Shown piece by piece: positions 53,740-64,000 of a stretch of 64,000 nucleotides of DNA. The position numbers were made by a program, and so were the translations under genes. Location of the stretch: contig NC_045696.1 in NCBI RefSeq assembly GCF_009834535.1, forward strand, positions 90,212,001 through 90,276,000, given 5' to 3'. Origin of the DNA: Camelus ferus. Taxonomy: Eukaryota. Under the pieces are notes generated by a model. It was not told the origin of the DNA. It was given only the letters and a program-made list of their open reading frames with translations, and made no database searches. Every line of letters begins with the position of its first letter. Within the stretch, counting starts at the first letter, position 1.

Positions 53740-55290
53740 CCTCATTTAGCTAAGATCTGTTGAGTACCAACTAGGTACAAACCACTGTTGGGCCTGAGGA
53801 TATAAAAAAGGACATGACAGACAAGGTCCCTGACCTCAGTTAACTTATATTTTAGTGGGAGACAGACAAAAACCAAACAAAATAATAAATAAATACATAT
53901 TTTGTGGAAAATATAGAAAGTAAGGTGCCATAGGAAGGAATTACAGTACAAATTGTTTTGCATAGTAAAAAGCCCTCTCAGAACATGATATTTTAGCTAA
54001 GATCTGAAAGATAAGATGAATTTGGCCACACAGAGAAAGAGATGGGGAAAGTGTGCTCCAAGTAGTGGAGGCAAGAATCTCAAAGATTATGGGGCATGGA
54101 TGAGCAGGACATGTTTAGGGAATAGACAGGCCTGCAGGGAAGTGGACCTGTGATTTGGGTCCTAGGACCAAATTCTGCATCAGAATAACCCAAATCAGAG
54201 TCAAGGAATGGACCACGGAGAAACAGGTTTTCTAGAAAGCTTAAAAGCTTGAGGCAGACATATTTTTCGACTTCACTGAATATTGACTCTCCTCCAAAGA
54301 GGATGTGGCTTTGCTGATGCTAAATTTGGTTCAAGCCTGGAAAATCTAAGGGCCAAGTATATAGAATACTAGGCTATGTCTTGATGTGAGTCCTATGTAT
54401 AAAAGACTTATGGTAGAGCAAAAATCTGGTAGTTAGAAACAGCTGGACCCTATCCTGTTCTGTGCAGACATCACATGGGGGAATTAACAAAAAGTAAAAA
54501 GCCTGATCAGAAATAGACTGCATCTGTTCCTGTCCTCTATGGTCACCCATTTTCTGAAGTTTCTGGGCCTTGACTCCACCAATCAGGATGTGTGTGTGTC
54601 TGTGTGTATCTGTGTGTGTGAAAGAGACAGAGAGAGAGAGAGTTTTCTCCTGTTGCTAACCCATAACCCACCTGACACATTGCAGGTGGCCAGTGTGGCT
54701 ACAGCCCTGTAAGTGAGGGGAAGAGAGGATGAGACGAGGTTGGGTGTGGGGCAGGGACAAGACCACACAGGACCTTAGAGTCCATGGGAAGACATTTGAG
54801 GTTTATTCTAAAGAACAACAGGAAGGAACAGAATGCCTTGAGAAGGGCACAGTCTGATCTATGCTTCATACAGACCAGCCTGGCTGCTGTGCATGGAGTA
54901 GGCTAGGAGGCAGCCTGGATACCAGGGAGGGGTAGAGATGAAGTGGGCAAAAGATTGCAGTGGCGAACATTTGACAGATATTTGATACAACTTGGTGATG
55001 GACTGATGTGGGAGAAGGGAAAAGAGAAGAATGGAGAATGATTCCTGGGATTTTTCCTTGAATGACTGGATATGTAACAGTGACATTTACTGAAATGATA
55101 AAGACCGTTGAGCAGAGAGACAAATTTGGTGGGAGAAAAAATGAGGAAATTAGGAGTTCACTCTTGGCCACATTCGGTTGGTGAAATGTGCAAGATATCC
55201 AGAGAGTGCCACGTGGCTATACAAGTCTGGAGCTCAGGGCACAGAAGAGACCTGTGGGTATGGATTAGGGAGTTATCAAGACATGGATGC
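53740..55290 (-). mobile_element. L2 fragments
   Basis: ctcatttagc...gttgagtacc...acagacaaggtccctgacctc and gaatgattcctgggatttttccttgaatgactgga...tctggagctcagg. Confidence 0.75.
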
Positions 55291-56284
55291 CGTGAAGAAA
55301 ACAAGTTTCATATACTCTTTAGAAATTATTCTTCTAGAATCACAAATTTATTTTTCTTAAATAAACCCTGTAACAAGAAAGCCAAGAAAAAGGGCCTTAA
55401 TGGTTTCTGACTAGAAATTTGGTTTATGAATTTATGTAGAAAAAGAGTTATGGAATAAAGTTAGCAAAGTCATTAACAGTGCTGGTAGGCACAGAACCAC
55501 TTAGGTACATAAATACAATCTCCTACGCAGACATATTCTAATATATACAATTTCTTATAACAGATATATAGTGAATGAATGCAATTTCCCACAACAAATA
55601 TGTAAAACAAGCTTTGCAGTAACCACAGCCTCAAGGTTAAAGACTGCAGTCCAAAGATGATTACAATAAACCCTTATAATAAAGAGGGCAAATATCCCAG
55701 GACAATTCTTAACCAACTAACCAAAAAAGCCAAAAAAACAACAACAACAAAAAACCAGCCAGAAATTCAATTTCACAAAGAGAAGAGCAAGTATATATAG
55801 ATCTAACCTTAACAAGACTTTCAAGCTAGCTGGCTAATACACTTTATTTTCTGTGCCTTTATGGTAACTACTTTTAAATATTCTCCAATCTTGTCCCTTA
55901 TCTTTGGAGTGAAGGCTAAGGAGTAGCTCAGTGCTTTGCCTTCTCAGACACACTTGTGTCAACAGTCTTCCTCTCAAGATTTCCCATTAAATACGATTTC
56001 TCATTAAATTCCATGGCCTACAATTAATTTCACATGCCGTGTGAGCCAAGGTTGACTCAGAGTACCTTGGTCTTTGTCCAGCTTCTCCTTTCCCAGTGGG
56101 CCGGATGAAATCACCTTGAGAACAAGCACAGTCGTGGAAAGGAAGCAGGTGTGGAGCTGGGCCCCAGGGAGATCCAGCAGGACAGCTCAAGCCAAGGTGG
56201 GTGACACAGGGAGCGAGACTGAAGAGTGAAGAAGGAGGCACATTAGGAAAGTGTGGTGTCCGGGAAGCAGCTCTAGACATCTGC

Positions 56285-56843
56285 TGCTTTTGCTGTCCAG
56301 TATTCAGTCCCTTTCTTGTGGTAACAGGACCCCAAATATGCTTTAGGAGAACCATCTTTTTGAACACATGGGATCTGGGTGAAGCCAGTTCTGCCTTGGG
56401 TCCTAGGGGTGGAGCATTTAACCAAGGCCTAGGCCAATAAGTGAATTCTGTGCCTCTGACCTCAGTGGTTGATGTAGGGATGGACACAGAGTCTAGGGCA
56501 AGACAGTAGGGCCAATCACTGTTAATCCCAGGACATTCTGGCTGAGACATAATTTTTCCTGGTGGAGTTGCACATAATTAAATGAAAGAATGGAGTCTAT
56601 GGCAGCCACCTTATAACTATGAAGGGAGAGTATATATGAGAATGGAGCCAATTTGGAAAAAGTGGAGTCAAGAAATATATATAAAAAGAGCAGTCCTAGT
56701 AACACTATCTGAGCTCCTGCAGCAGATCCTGCAGCAGGCTGTACCTAAATCCAGCCCCACAAGGACAGCAATTATACCAGCCAGTAAATTATCACTCAGC
56801 CTTATCATCTTTGATGCCAGTTTCTCTCACCAGCAATGAAGTC
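56285..56843 (+). mobile_element. Old MaLR LTR (MLT1K/L-like)
   Basis: ccagtattcagtccctttcttgtggtaacaggaccc...ccagtaaatt...cagtttctctcac. Confidence 0.65.
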
Positions 56844-56934
56844 TTTTTTTTTTTAAATGGAGATGCTGGGGATTGAACCCAGGACCTCATGCATGGTAAG
56901 CATGCACTTTACCCCTGAGCTATACCCTCCCCCC
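56844..56934 (-). mobile_element. tRNA-Ala-derived SINE (camelid Vic-1 type)
   Basis: Reverse complement GGGGGGAGGGTATAGCTCAGGGGTAAAGTGCATGCTTACCATGCATGAGGTCCTGGGTTCAATCCCCAGCATCTCCA plus A tail. Pol III A and B boxes are present. Confidence 0.85.
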
Positions 56935-57179
56935 TCAAAGCCTAAACTAACGGAGAAAGCAAGAGAAGAGACACTTCAAGGAGTACTCACCTGCAGCATA
57001 TTCTGATGAGAGGTTTAAACTGAGTCAGAAAAGTACCCAGAGAATTTGGCAATGTGGGGGCCATCAGGAGCCTTGGTGAGATCAGCTTCAAAGCAGTGGT
57101 GGTTGGAAACCAGATTCAGGTAGCTCTGTAGAATATCCTCCAAGTATGTGTATTATCATTCATGGCTCCTAATGGATTA

Positions 57180-57348
57180 AATGGAGCAAAAAGAGCCCTG
57201 GACAGAGAATTGGGAGATCTGGACTTCAGAAACAGCTCAGCCACTAACCAGCTGTATCTCCTTGGACAAACGGCTGACTTAATCCCCTGGGGTTTAACAG
57301 ATTCCTTATCTATCAAATGATTACCCCTCTAGCTCTAAAATTCTCAGT
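57180..57348 (+). mobile_element. MIR SINE
   Basis: aaagagccctggac...ggagatctgg...ctcagccactaaccagctgt...ccttggacaa...ctagctctaaaattct. Confidence 0.75.
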
Positions 57349-59305
57349 ATTTTGTTATTTTCAGCAAACTTGTTCTGTTCTGAAACTTAGTGGAAGAAGT
57401 CATCCAAATCTGCACAAGTGTCGTTAGCATTCTCTCCTACATTGCTAAGTTAAGTTCTCCTTGGCTTGCCTTTCATTTCATAGAGTCATTTCACTGAAGG
57501 CCACATCACTGTTGTGGCTGGCCTGGGCAGAGCCCTGGGGTGTGCTCCCTGCCTCTGGTATTCCAGACCAAGTCTCTTCTCTGTGACCATCCACAGCTGA
57601 CACCGTCCCCACGTATCCTCTCTGTTTTAGGGCCTCCACACTGCTCCTATTCTCACTGTTGCTCTCATATGAAAGACATAAATTATGTCTCCACAGCAGC
57701 TGTCAGGAGAGTCTCACAGGCATTTTGATCCTCTAAAATGTGGAGATGTTCGCTGATTTGCTTTCATTCTGGGCAGAGTCTATCCTGGAACAATGACTAT
57801 GCATTGCTCTGTACATCACACTGTGGGCCAGTCCCACTGCACACTGGAGATTAGCCAGGAAACAAAGCATGCAACAAGGGTCAGTGGCTATTAAAATGCA
57901 TCCCTCTTATTTAGCTTACTTGGGAGCAGGACAGGAGAGGTTAATTTTTCAACACAGTAATATACCGTATATATCAGCACTAACAATGAGGTTTTATTTC
58001 CCTGAGTCAGCTTTAAAAATAATGTTGACTTTCATGGTCGATACATTATAGATCACCATATTTATGTCAGAACATATTGGCATGAAAATATTAATACACG
58101 AGCCTTGTGTTTAAATGAAACCCCTTGCAACTCCACACCTTCCCCTCGTATTTCACTGAAGCACTTTCTGAAACCTCACCTCTGACATGTTTTACTGAAT
58201 GTGACATCAAGGCCTGTTTTCATTCTCTATGACGACTGTTTCAATACACTTTGCCTATAATGAGCTTCAAAAAGTATCCAGTTGGTTCTTTCACCATAAA
58301 CATACATAACTGCATTCCATCATTAATAGGACTGTCAATTCAAATTTATGGCTTATGCATGAACAAAATATCTCAGAGTCAAAGCTTTGAATGGTATACT
58401 ATTAATAAATGAAACTCTGTGTTGGAGACCACCTTCAAATGTTATTTGCTATCTACAGTGGCTTTAAGAGTCATGAGAAATTTCTATTATAAATATGTGT
58501 TTTAGAAAGCAAGTTCATAATTTAGACATTACTAAAGAAAAATGGGGTTCAGCAAAAAAAAAAATCTGTTCTCTTCAATGTATCTTCTCTTTCTAATGCT
58601 CCTCTGTATTCACAGAATATACCACGTGCCAGCTGCTCACAGCCTTCTGAGGGGAGCTGTCTTCCTTAAAGCCACCACAGAAAGAGCTACCCTTAGGACG
58701 CATCCATCAAGAGAGGCTCTGCTCCCAACTCCTGGATCCCATCACAGCAGCCCCGGGCCATGATGAAGGGGCCACCCAGGCAGCCACCATGTGTGCAGAC
58801 CCACAGTGTGCGAGAGGCCAGGCTGCGGCAGTGCTATGCAAACAGGAATCATGGTGAATACCCGGCTCAGTCAGACTCTCTTAGGAAAACTGCTATGGTT
58901 CTGTGTGCAGAGTCAGCCATCTGCAACAGCAGTGAAGCCAAAGGAAGCCCAGAGGGAAAGCTGAGTCAGGAGAAGGGAGAAGGAAGTAGAAACTGAACAG
59001 AGAAGCAATGAAATAGAGAAATAAGAGAGAAAAAGTGAAGGCAGCAGGTGAAGCAGCAGAAAAAGGGTCACTAGGGGTCGTCCTCAGCCCCTCCTCCATA
59101 TTTAACTCATCACCAAGTCACATTCATTTCCCTCCTAAATATCCACTGAACACACCCATTTCTCACTGTTGCCACCCTCACTATTCAAGTCAAAGCCACC
59201 ATGATATCCCTCCCAGACTAGAGCAAGTGCCCCCTGTCTCCAATGCTCCCTGTTCTCCACTCTCCACACAGCAGCTTATCTAATCATGTTTCTCTGTGTC
59301 TCTTA

Positions 59306-59417
<112 letters not shown>

Positions 59418-59489
59418 CGCGAGAGAGAGCGAGCGAGAGCAAGAGAGTGAGCGAGAAAGGCAAATATATAGACATTAAAACTTTCATTA

Positions 59490-59855
59490 GGACAAAATCA
59501 ATTAGGTCTAAATGGGAAAGGCTTTCATATGCTAATACAGAAGAACATCTTTATGACCTCCTGGTAGAGAAAGAGTCTTGAACCAGATACAAGAAGCACA
59601 AACCATAATAGGAAAATTGATCATTTCAATTATGCTAAAATTAAGAACTTATATTCCTTAAAAATATATATATATGTTATTAGGTCAGGGAGAGCCACAG
59701 AGCAGGAAAAAAAAATAGTTGTAACATGAGTAACAGAAAATATTTTTATCCAAAATATATAAAGAACTCCTAAAACTCAGTAACAAAAAAGACAGACAAC
59801 CCAATAGAAAAACAAATGAGCGAGAAGAAACTAGAAGAATCACTTCACAAAAAAG
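59490..59855 (+). mobile_element. Old L1 ORF2 fragment
   Basis: aaatatataaagaactcctaaaactcagtaacaaaaaagacagacaacccaatagaaaa. Confidence 0.75.
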
Positions 59856-61589
59856 GATCCGGATCCAGATACAGCAGGAGCCCCTCGTCTCCCACGTAGA
59901 AGCAACACAGAAGTGTGTGTGTGGGGGGGACACCTCATAGGGCAAAAAGAAAATGGGTTTCCATGAGAAAACACATTCTCTTCAGCGTGTCTCCTCTTTC
60001 TGATGCTCTCCTGGTGGAAACATTCATAGGCCACACCATGCACCCACCAGTGGAGCCTGGCCGGCGGGAGATAGGAGCTGGTGGACAAACGCCTCCTTCT
60101 TTCTGGTCCTGGGAGGACTTCCTTGAGACGCCTTGATTCAGGTTCTCAGAAGACAGTCCTTTGGGGCTGAGCACTCAGTTGCCTTTTGTGGGGACCAACT
60201 CAACAATGCACCTTCAGGTCTTTAAACTGGCCCTCCCTCTTTCACCAGGTCACTCCCCTTGTCCCTCACTCCTGTTCCCCAGGATTACACTCCCCAGTAA
60301 GATGGTGCACATCACACCCCCTCCTCCCCCATGTGCTGAGTGTCCAGGGCCATTGTGGATCCTCCCCCCACCACTGCCCCCACCCTAGCAACACCGGGAA
60401 AGGCTCTGATGATGGATGGCATATCCATCAGTGCATTACTGCTATGAAAGGCATTTAAAGGAGGCTACGAGGGGAACTTGATGCCTGAGGGTAAGAATGG
60501 ATTGAAGACTGGGTCCTAAGATACAAACCCTCTACTCTGCAGATGCCCTGGGCAACTTTGCCACTAGCCCTCAAGCCCCAGGCTCTGCAACTGATCTCCT
60601 CTCTTGCCCCAAACCAAACCAGCCCTCTACATTTCTGCATGCAGCACACAGGGAAAGACTTGGTTATGATGTGTTTAAAGATCTTTGATGCCAAATGAAA
60701 AGAAAAGGAAAAGGTTTCATTAAAATCTTCTTTCAGGGTCGTGAGCCCAGAGGCAATGATGGACGTCCACAACCACAGGATGTTATAGCTCTGGTTATTT
60801 TTACTGTATCCTTAATATTAAAAATTCTGATTTCAAAGTCATTTAGGGGGTACCACACATTTGAACAGATGAAGTAAAAAGAGCATTTTTTTCAGTAGTG
60901 ATGATTTTTCCAGTGTAGCATCAGTTTCAGAGCAGCCACCTTCTCTGTTGTGACAATGCAATGTCAGAGCAATGTTTCCCAATCACTCCCTGTGTTTACA
61001 CCAATTTGAAGCTGCCAATTATGTCTGGTCCTTGTCAACAGAAAACAAAAATGTGCAAGCTGCTATATAAATTAATTATTGAAATTAAGCACTCACCGCT
61101 TCTAGACAGTCTTCTAAATTATTTAAAGGATCCAATTTGCTTTTCCTTGTGAAAAAATAAAAGCTCTTAGATGCTTATGTTTTGGGACAATTCACACATG
61201 GAAGAGGAATCCAGGTATACAGCAGGCATAAGCCCACACTGTAAAAATATAACACAAAATCATTAAAAGGCTAATGGGAGTGCCTTTTATCTTAAGATTC
61301 AAGTATAGGTTGCTGTGTAGGTCTCATTCTTGACAGTTTTTAAAACTCTATTTTGTGCTCCCTCTCTTCACCATTATCTCCAGATCATGCTTTTCAAGCT
61401 AGGGTTCTGTCACCTGTAACAAAGGCACTAGATCTAGTGACCTTAGGGATGATCTGCTCCTTTATCTCCATGTCTTCTTTCTTTCTTGTGTGATTAGGGG
61501 GATAAGAGCAGATAGGTGGCTAAGAAAATATTCCCTGGAAATCTGGGAATTTGCCCAGTATCTGCTTTGTAAAAGAGGTCCAGGCTTTT

Positions 61590-61700
61590 CCCAAATCACA
61601 GATAGGACTTCCACTGAATCTTAGTTTGCTCAGCTGTAAAGTGGGGGAATAATGCCAGCCATGCCTATCTCACAAGATCTTTTTTTAAAATCAATCCCAG
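61590..61700 (+). mobile_element. MIR fragment
   Basis: ctgaatcttagtttgctcagctgtaaagtgggggaataat...cctatctcaca. Confidence 0.6.
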
Positions 61701-62141
61701 CAAGGCTGCTTTGATCTGACTTTAACTCCATTTCATTGTGTGAACCTAACAAAGTAACTTCAGACAAAAGACTAGTAGGTGGATTAGCTGGTAGGATTTT
61801 TGGTATCTCCTCAAAGAATTATATCTCAACTATAGTTGCTATGCCTGGACCTGAGCCCAACCCCAATTCCTGCTTCCCCTTGGGGGAAGAGAATTGTAAC
61901 CTGTCTATCAGTCTTTATCGCCATCCAGTGGTCTATGGGCCAAATAACACCAAATTATTGAGTGGATTTGAAACATTTAGGAAAAGTAATTTAAAGTCAA
62001 CCACTGACTATTTCAGTACACTACTTAATTAAATGTACTTTGGGAATCCATTTTTAAAACTTATTGAAAAGTCAAATAATTACGTTGTGAATATGAATAA
62101 TAAATCTCTAATCCATATTTGTAAATTAAGAAATACATATA

Positions 62142-62327
62142 CTACGGTGGCTTTTTGAGAAAGCTCCATACTGTTTTCCCCACATCCCCGAGGTAGACAG
62201 GCAGATAGAGAGGCAGACAGGGAAGTCTTGTACAACACGAGGAATACAGCCAATATTTTGTAATACCCATAAATGGAATGTAACCTTTAAAAATTGTATA
62301 AAAATTTTAAAATAAAAAACTTTAAAC
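62142..62327 (+). mobile_element. Short L1 3' end with probable 5' inversion
   Basis: Antisense L1 piece (tttttgagaaagctccatactgttttcc) followed by a sense 3' end (gaatacagccaatattttgtaata...taacctttaaaaattgt plus A-rich tail). TSD AAAT(A/G)CATATA at 62131-62141 and 62328-62338. Confidence 0.7.
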
Positions 62328-63148
62328 AAATGCATATATTAATCACCAGTTTTTTGGAATAACTTGTAAAAACAAGTTCACTGTCTGAAGACATTTGTGA
62401 GACGCCATTAAATAGCTACATTTCTCTAAGAAAGGTCTTCAGATACAGGTAAAATATTAAATATTAAAATCAATTTATAGATTTAAACACATTTATAATA
62501 CAAAAATGGCATTTTAAAATTAAAATGAGCAATGCCCACTCCTTTGGACCAAAATATTTTTTTAGGGGAATCTTATTTTCTCAATCAACAACCACTCCTC
62601 CAGAACTGAAAGGCAGTAACATTTTGTTATTACTCAAATTTATTAATAACTTTCCCCTTTTCTAAACTCTTGAAATATATATAAATTTGATTTTAGACTT
62701 CCCAGCCTTGTTTTCTTGGATGTCCGGGATGCTGAGATGGCTAATAAGCAAATCAGCTTCAGGATTCAAATACACAGTTAATAAATCCTCAGAGAAATAC
62801 AAATCAAAATCCTCCCACAGAGCCTATAGGCAAAATCTATGCTTTCCCTAATCCTCCCTAACCCCAAAGATCACTTTCTACTCCACCGTATGCGGGGTTA
62901 GGGCCAGATTGTAGGCAATACTACCCCTGGGAATGCACCAGCATCTCAGGCCGGAGGATGTCCTCTTACAGGTTTCTTAATTCTATGCAAAGTAGTCTAG
63001 CCAGAGGGCAAGTCATAGTGCTGGAGGTGGTGTGTCCCATTTAAATGACAGCAGCACCTTCCTGCCACCATGTGTACCTGAGCCTCCTATCAACTCAGCC
63101 TGGAGTCAAGGACCTACAAGTCAGGGTAAAGGCGGCCCTTTGGACCTG

Positions 63149-63323
63149 GTAAGTCTAAAGCCCTGCTTTTAAAGACTGCTTTGCCCCTGAGGTTAATTCT
63201 TTTTTTCCTGGAGCTGGTCCCTCTCAAACAAGGACTCTGCCCAGACTTTGGGAGTTGAATCAAGGCAGAGACCAACACCCAGCTGAGGTTGTGATACCTG
63301 CTATCCATTTTGTTTCCTCCCAG
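63149..63323 (+). other. GPR79: Predicted 175-nt 5'UTR intron of the GPCR gene
   Basis: Donor CTG|GTAAGT at 63148/63149. Acceptor ttttgtttcctcccag|G at 63323/63324, 47 nt before the ATG. Confidence 0.6.
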
Positions 63324-63370
63324 GGGAAGAAGCAGGAGCAGCTGTGCCCCCAGAGGGAGCCTCTTAGGAG

Positions 63371-64000
63371 ATGGAAGAGCTAGATACCAACACCTCAAAG
63401 GAAGACAGACTCTGCCACTTCTCTGAAGACTACAAGCAAATCTACCTCTCCCTGACCTACAGTATCATCTTCGTGCTAGGGCTGCCCCTGAACGGCACCG
63501 TCTTGTGGCACTCCTGGCGCCAAACCAAGCACTGGAGCTGCGCCACCATCTATCTGGTGAACCTGATGGTGGCCGATCTGCTTTATGTGCTGACCCTGCC
63601 CTTCCTCATCATCACCTACTCCCTGGGTGACAAGTGGCCCTTCGGGGAGCTGTTCTGCAGGCTGGTGCGTTTCCTGTTCTACACCAACCTCTACGGAAGC
63701 ATCCTGCTGCTGACCTGCATCTCAGTGCACCGCTTCCTGGGCGTGTGCCACCCGCTGCGTTCGCTGCCCTATCGGACCCGCCGGCACGCCCTGCTGGGCA
63801 CCGCTGCCACATGGGCCTTGGTGGTCCTCCAGCTGCTGCCCACTCTGGTCTTCTCCCACACGGACCTTGTCGATGGCCAGGTGGTCTGCTATGACACGAG
63901 CAGCCCGAAGAATTTTGATCAGTTTTTTGTTTACAGCATGGTCCTGACTTTGTCTGGCTTTGTCTTTCCCTCTTTGGTCATCTTGGTGTGCTACTCACTG
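63371..64000 (+). CDS. GPR79: P2Y purinoceptor-like class A GPCR, GPR79 orthologue; N-terminal 210 codons (TM1-TM5), runs off the window end
   Basis: Manual translation is open for all 630 nt: MEELDTNTSKEDRLCHFSEDYKQIYLSLTYSIIFVLGLPLNGTVLWHSWRQTKHWSCATIYLVNLMVADLLYVLTLPFLIITYSLGDKWPFGELFCRLVRFLFYTNLYGSILLLTCISVHRFLGVCHPLRSLPYRTRRHALLGTAATWALVVLQLLPTLVFSHTDLVDGQVVCYDTSSPKNFDQFFVYSMVLTLSGFVFPSLVILVCYSL. Rhodopsin/P2Y motifs present: N-glycosylation sequon NTS, N-terminal Cys, GLPLN (N1.50), NLxxAD (D2.50), WPFG, C3.25, NLYGS, HRF at the DRY position, W4.50, ECL2 CYD, P5.50, Y5.58. Strong Kozak (GAGATGG) with an in-frame TAG two codons upstream. GC3-rich and CpG-rich. The GPR79 assignment is from recalled sequence similarity, not a search. 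Confidence 0.9.
   Translation, partial: MEELDTNTSKEDRLCHFSEDYKQIYLSLTYSIIFVLGLPLNGTVLWHSWRQTKHWSCATIYLVNLMVADLLYVLTLPFLIITYSLGDKWPFGELFCRLVRFLFYTNLYGSILLLTCISVHRFLGVCHPLRSLPYRTRRHALLGTAATWALVVLQLLPTLVFSHTDLVDGQVVCYDTSSPKNFDQFFVYSMVLTLSGFVFPSLVILVCYSL

Noticed and set aside
55987..56550. 187-aa minus-strand ORF
   Set aside because: About half lies in an MLT1 LTR and it shows no protein-like features.
56858..56934. tRNA gene
   Set aside because: The extra 5' G-rich bases, A tail, substitutions and insertion into an LTR indicate a SINE copy.
63298..63370. N-terminal extension of the GPCR upstream of 63371
   Set aside because: There is an in-frame TAG at 63365-63367, and the region contains the splice acceptor.
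63612..63894. ORF-track entries 63634-63894 (+) and 63612-63812 (-)
   Set aside because: These are shadow frames of the GC-rich GPCR CDS. The real frame starts at 63371.

Overview
AT-rich, repeat-dense mammalian genomic DNA. It is most likely camelid, because a tRNA-Ala-derived Vic-1-type SINE sits at about 56.9 kb. The only well-supported protein-coding sequence is at the right edge: an uninterrupted + strand ORF from 63371 to the window end (210 codons, TM1-TM5) encoding a P2Y-like class A GPCR. I recognise it as the orthologue of GPR79, which is annotated as a pseudogene in human. The supplied ORF track misses it because its stop lies outside the window. It is preceded by a clean 175-nt GT-AG 5'UTR intron. 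About 19 kb upstream is a small CpG-rich promoter-like element with a ZNF143/Staf site, an E-box and a GC box, and an ISRE plus ETS motif lies nearby. The rest is mainly old and recent transposable elements: L1, L2, CR1/L3, MIR, MaLR LTRs, hAT and Tigger MITEs, and a decayed ERV-L provirus (protease, RT, dUTPase, PPT, 3' LTR) split by an L1. A speculative chain of phase-compatible minus-strand exons can be drawn from the CpG element leftwards, but it may be over-fitting. Repeat boundaries and subfamily names are by-eye estimates.
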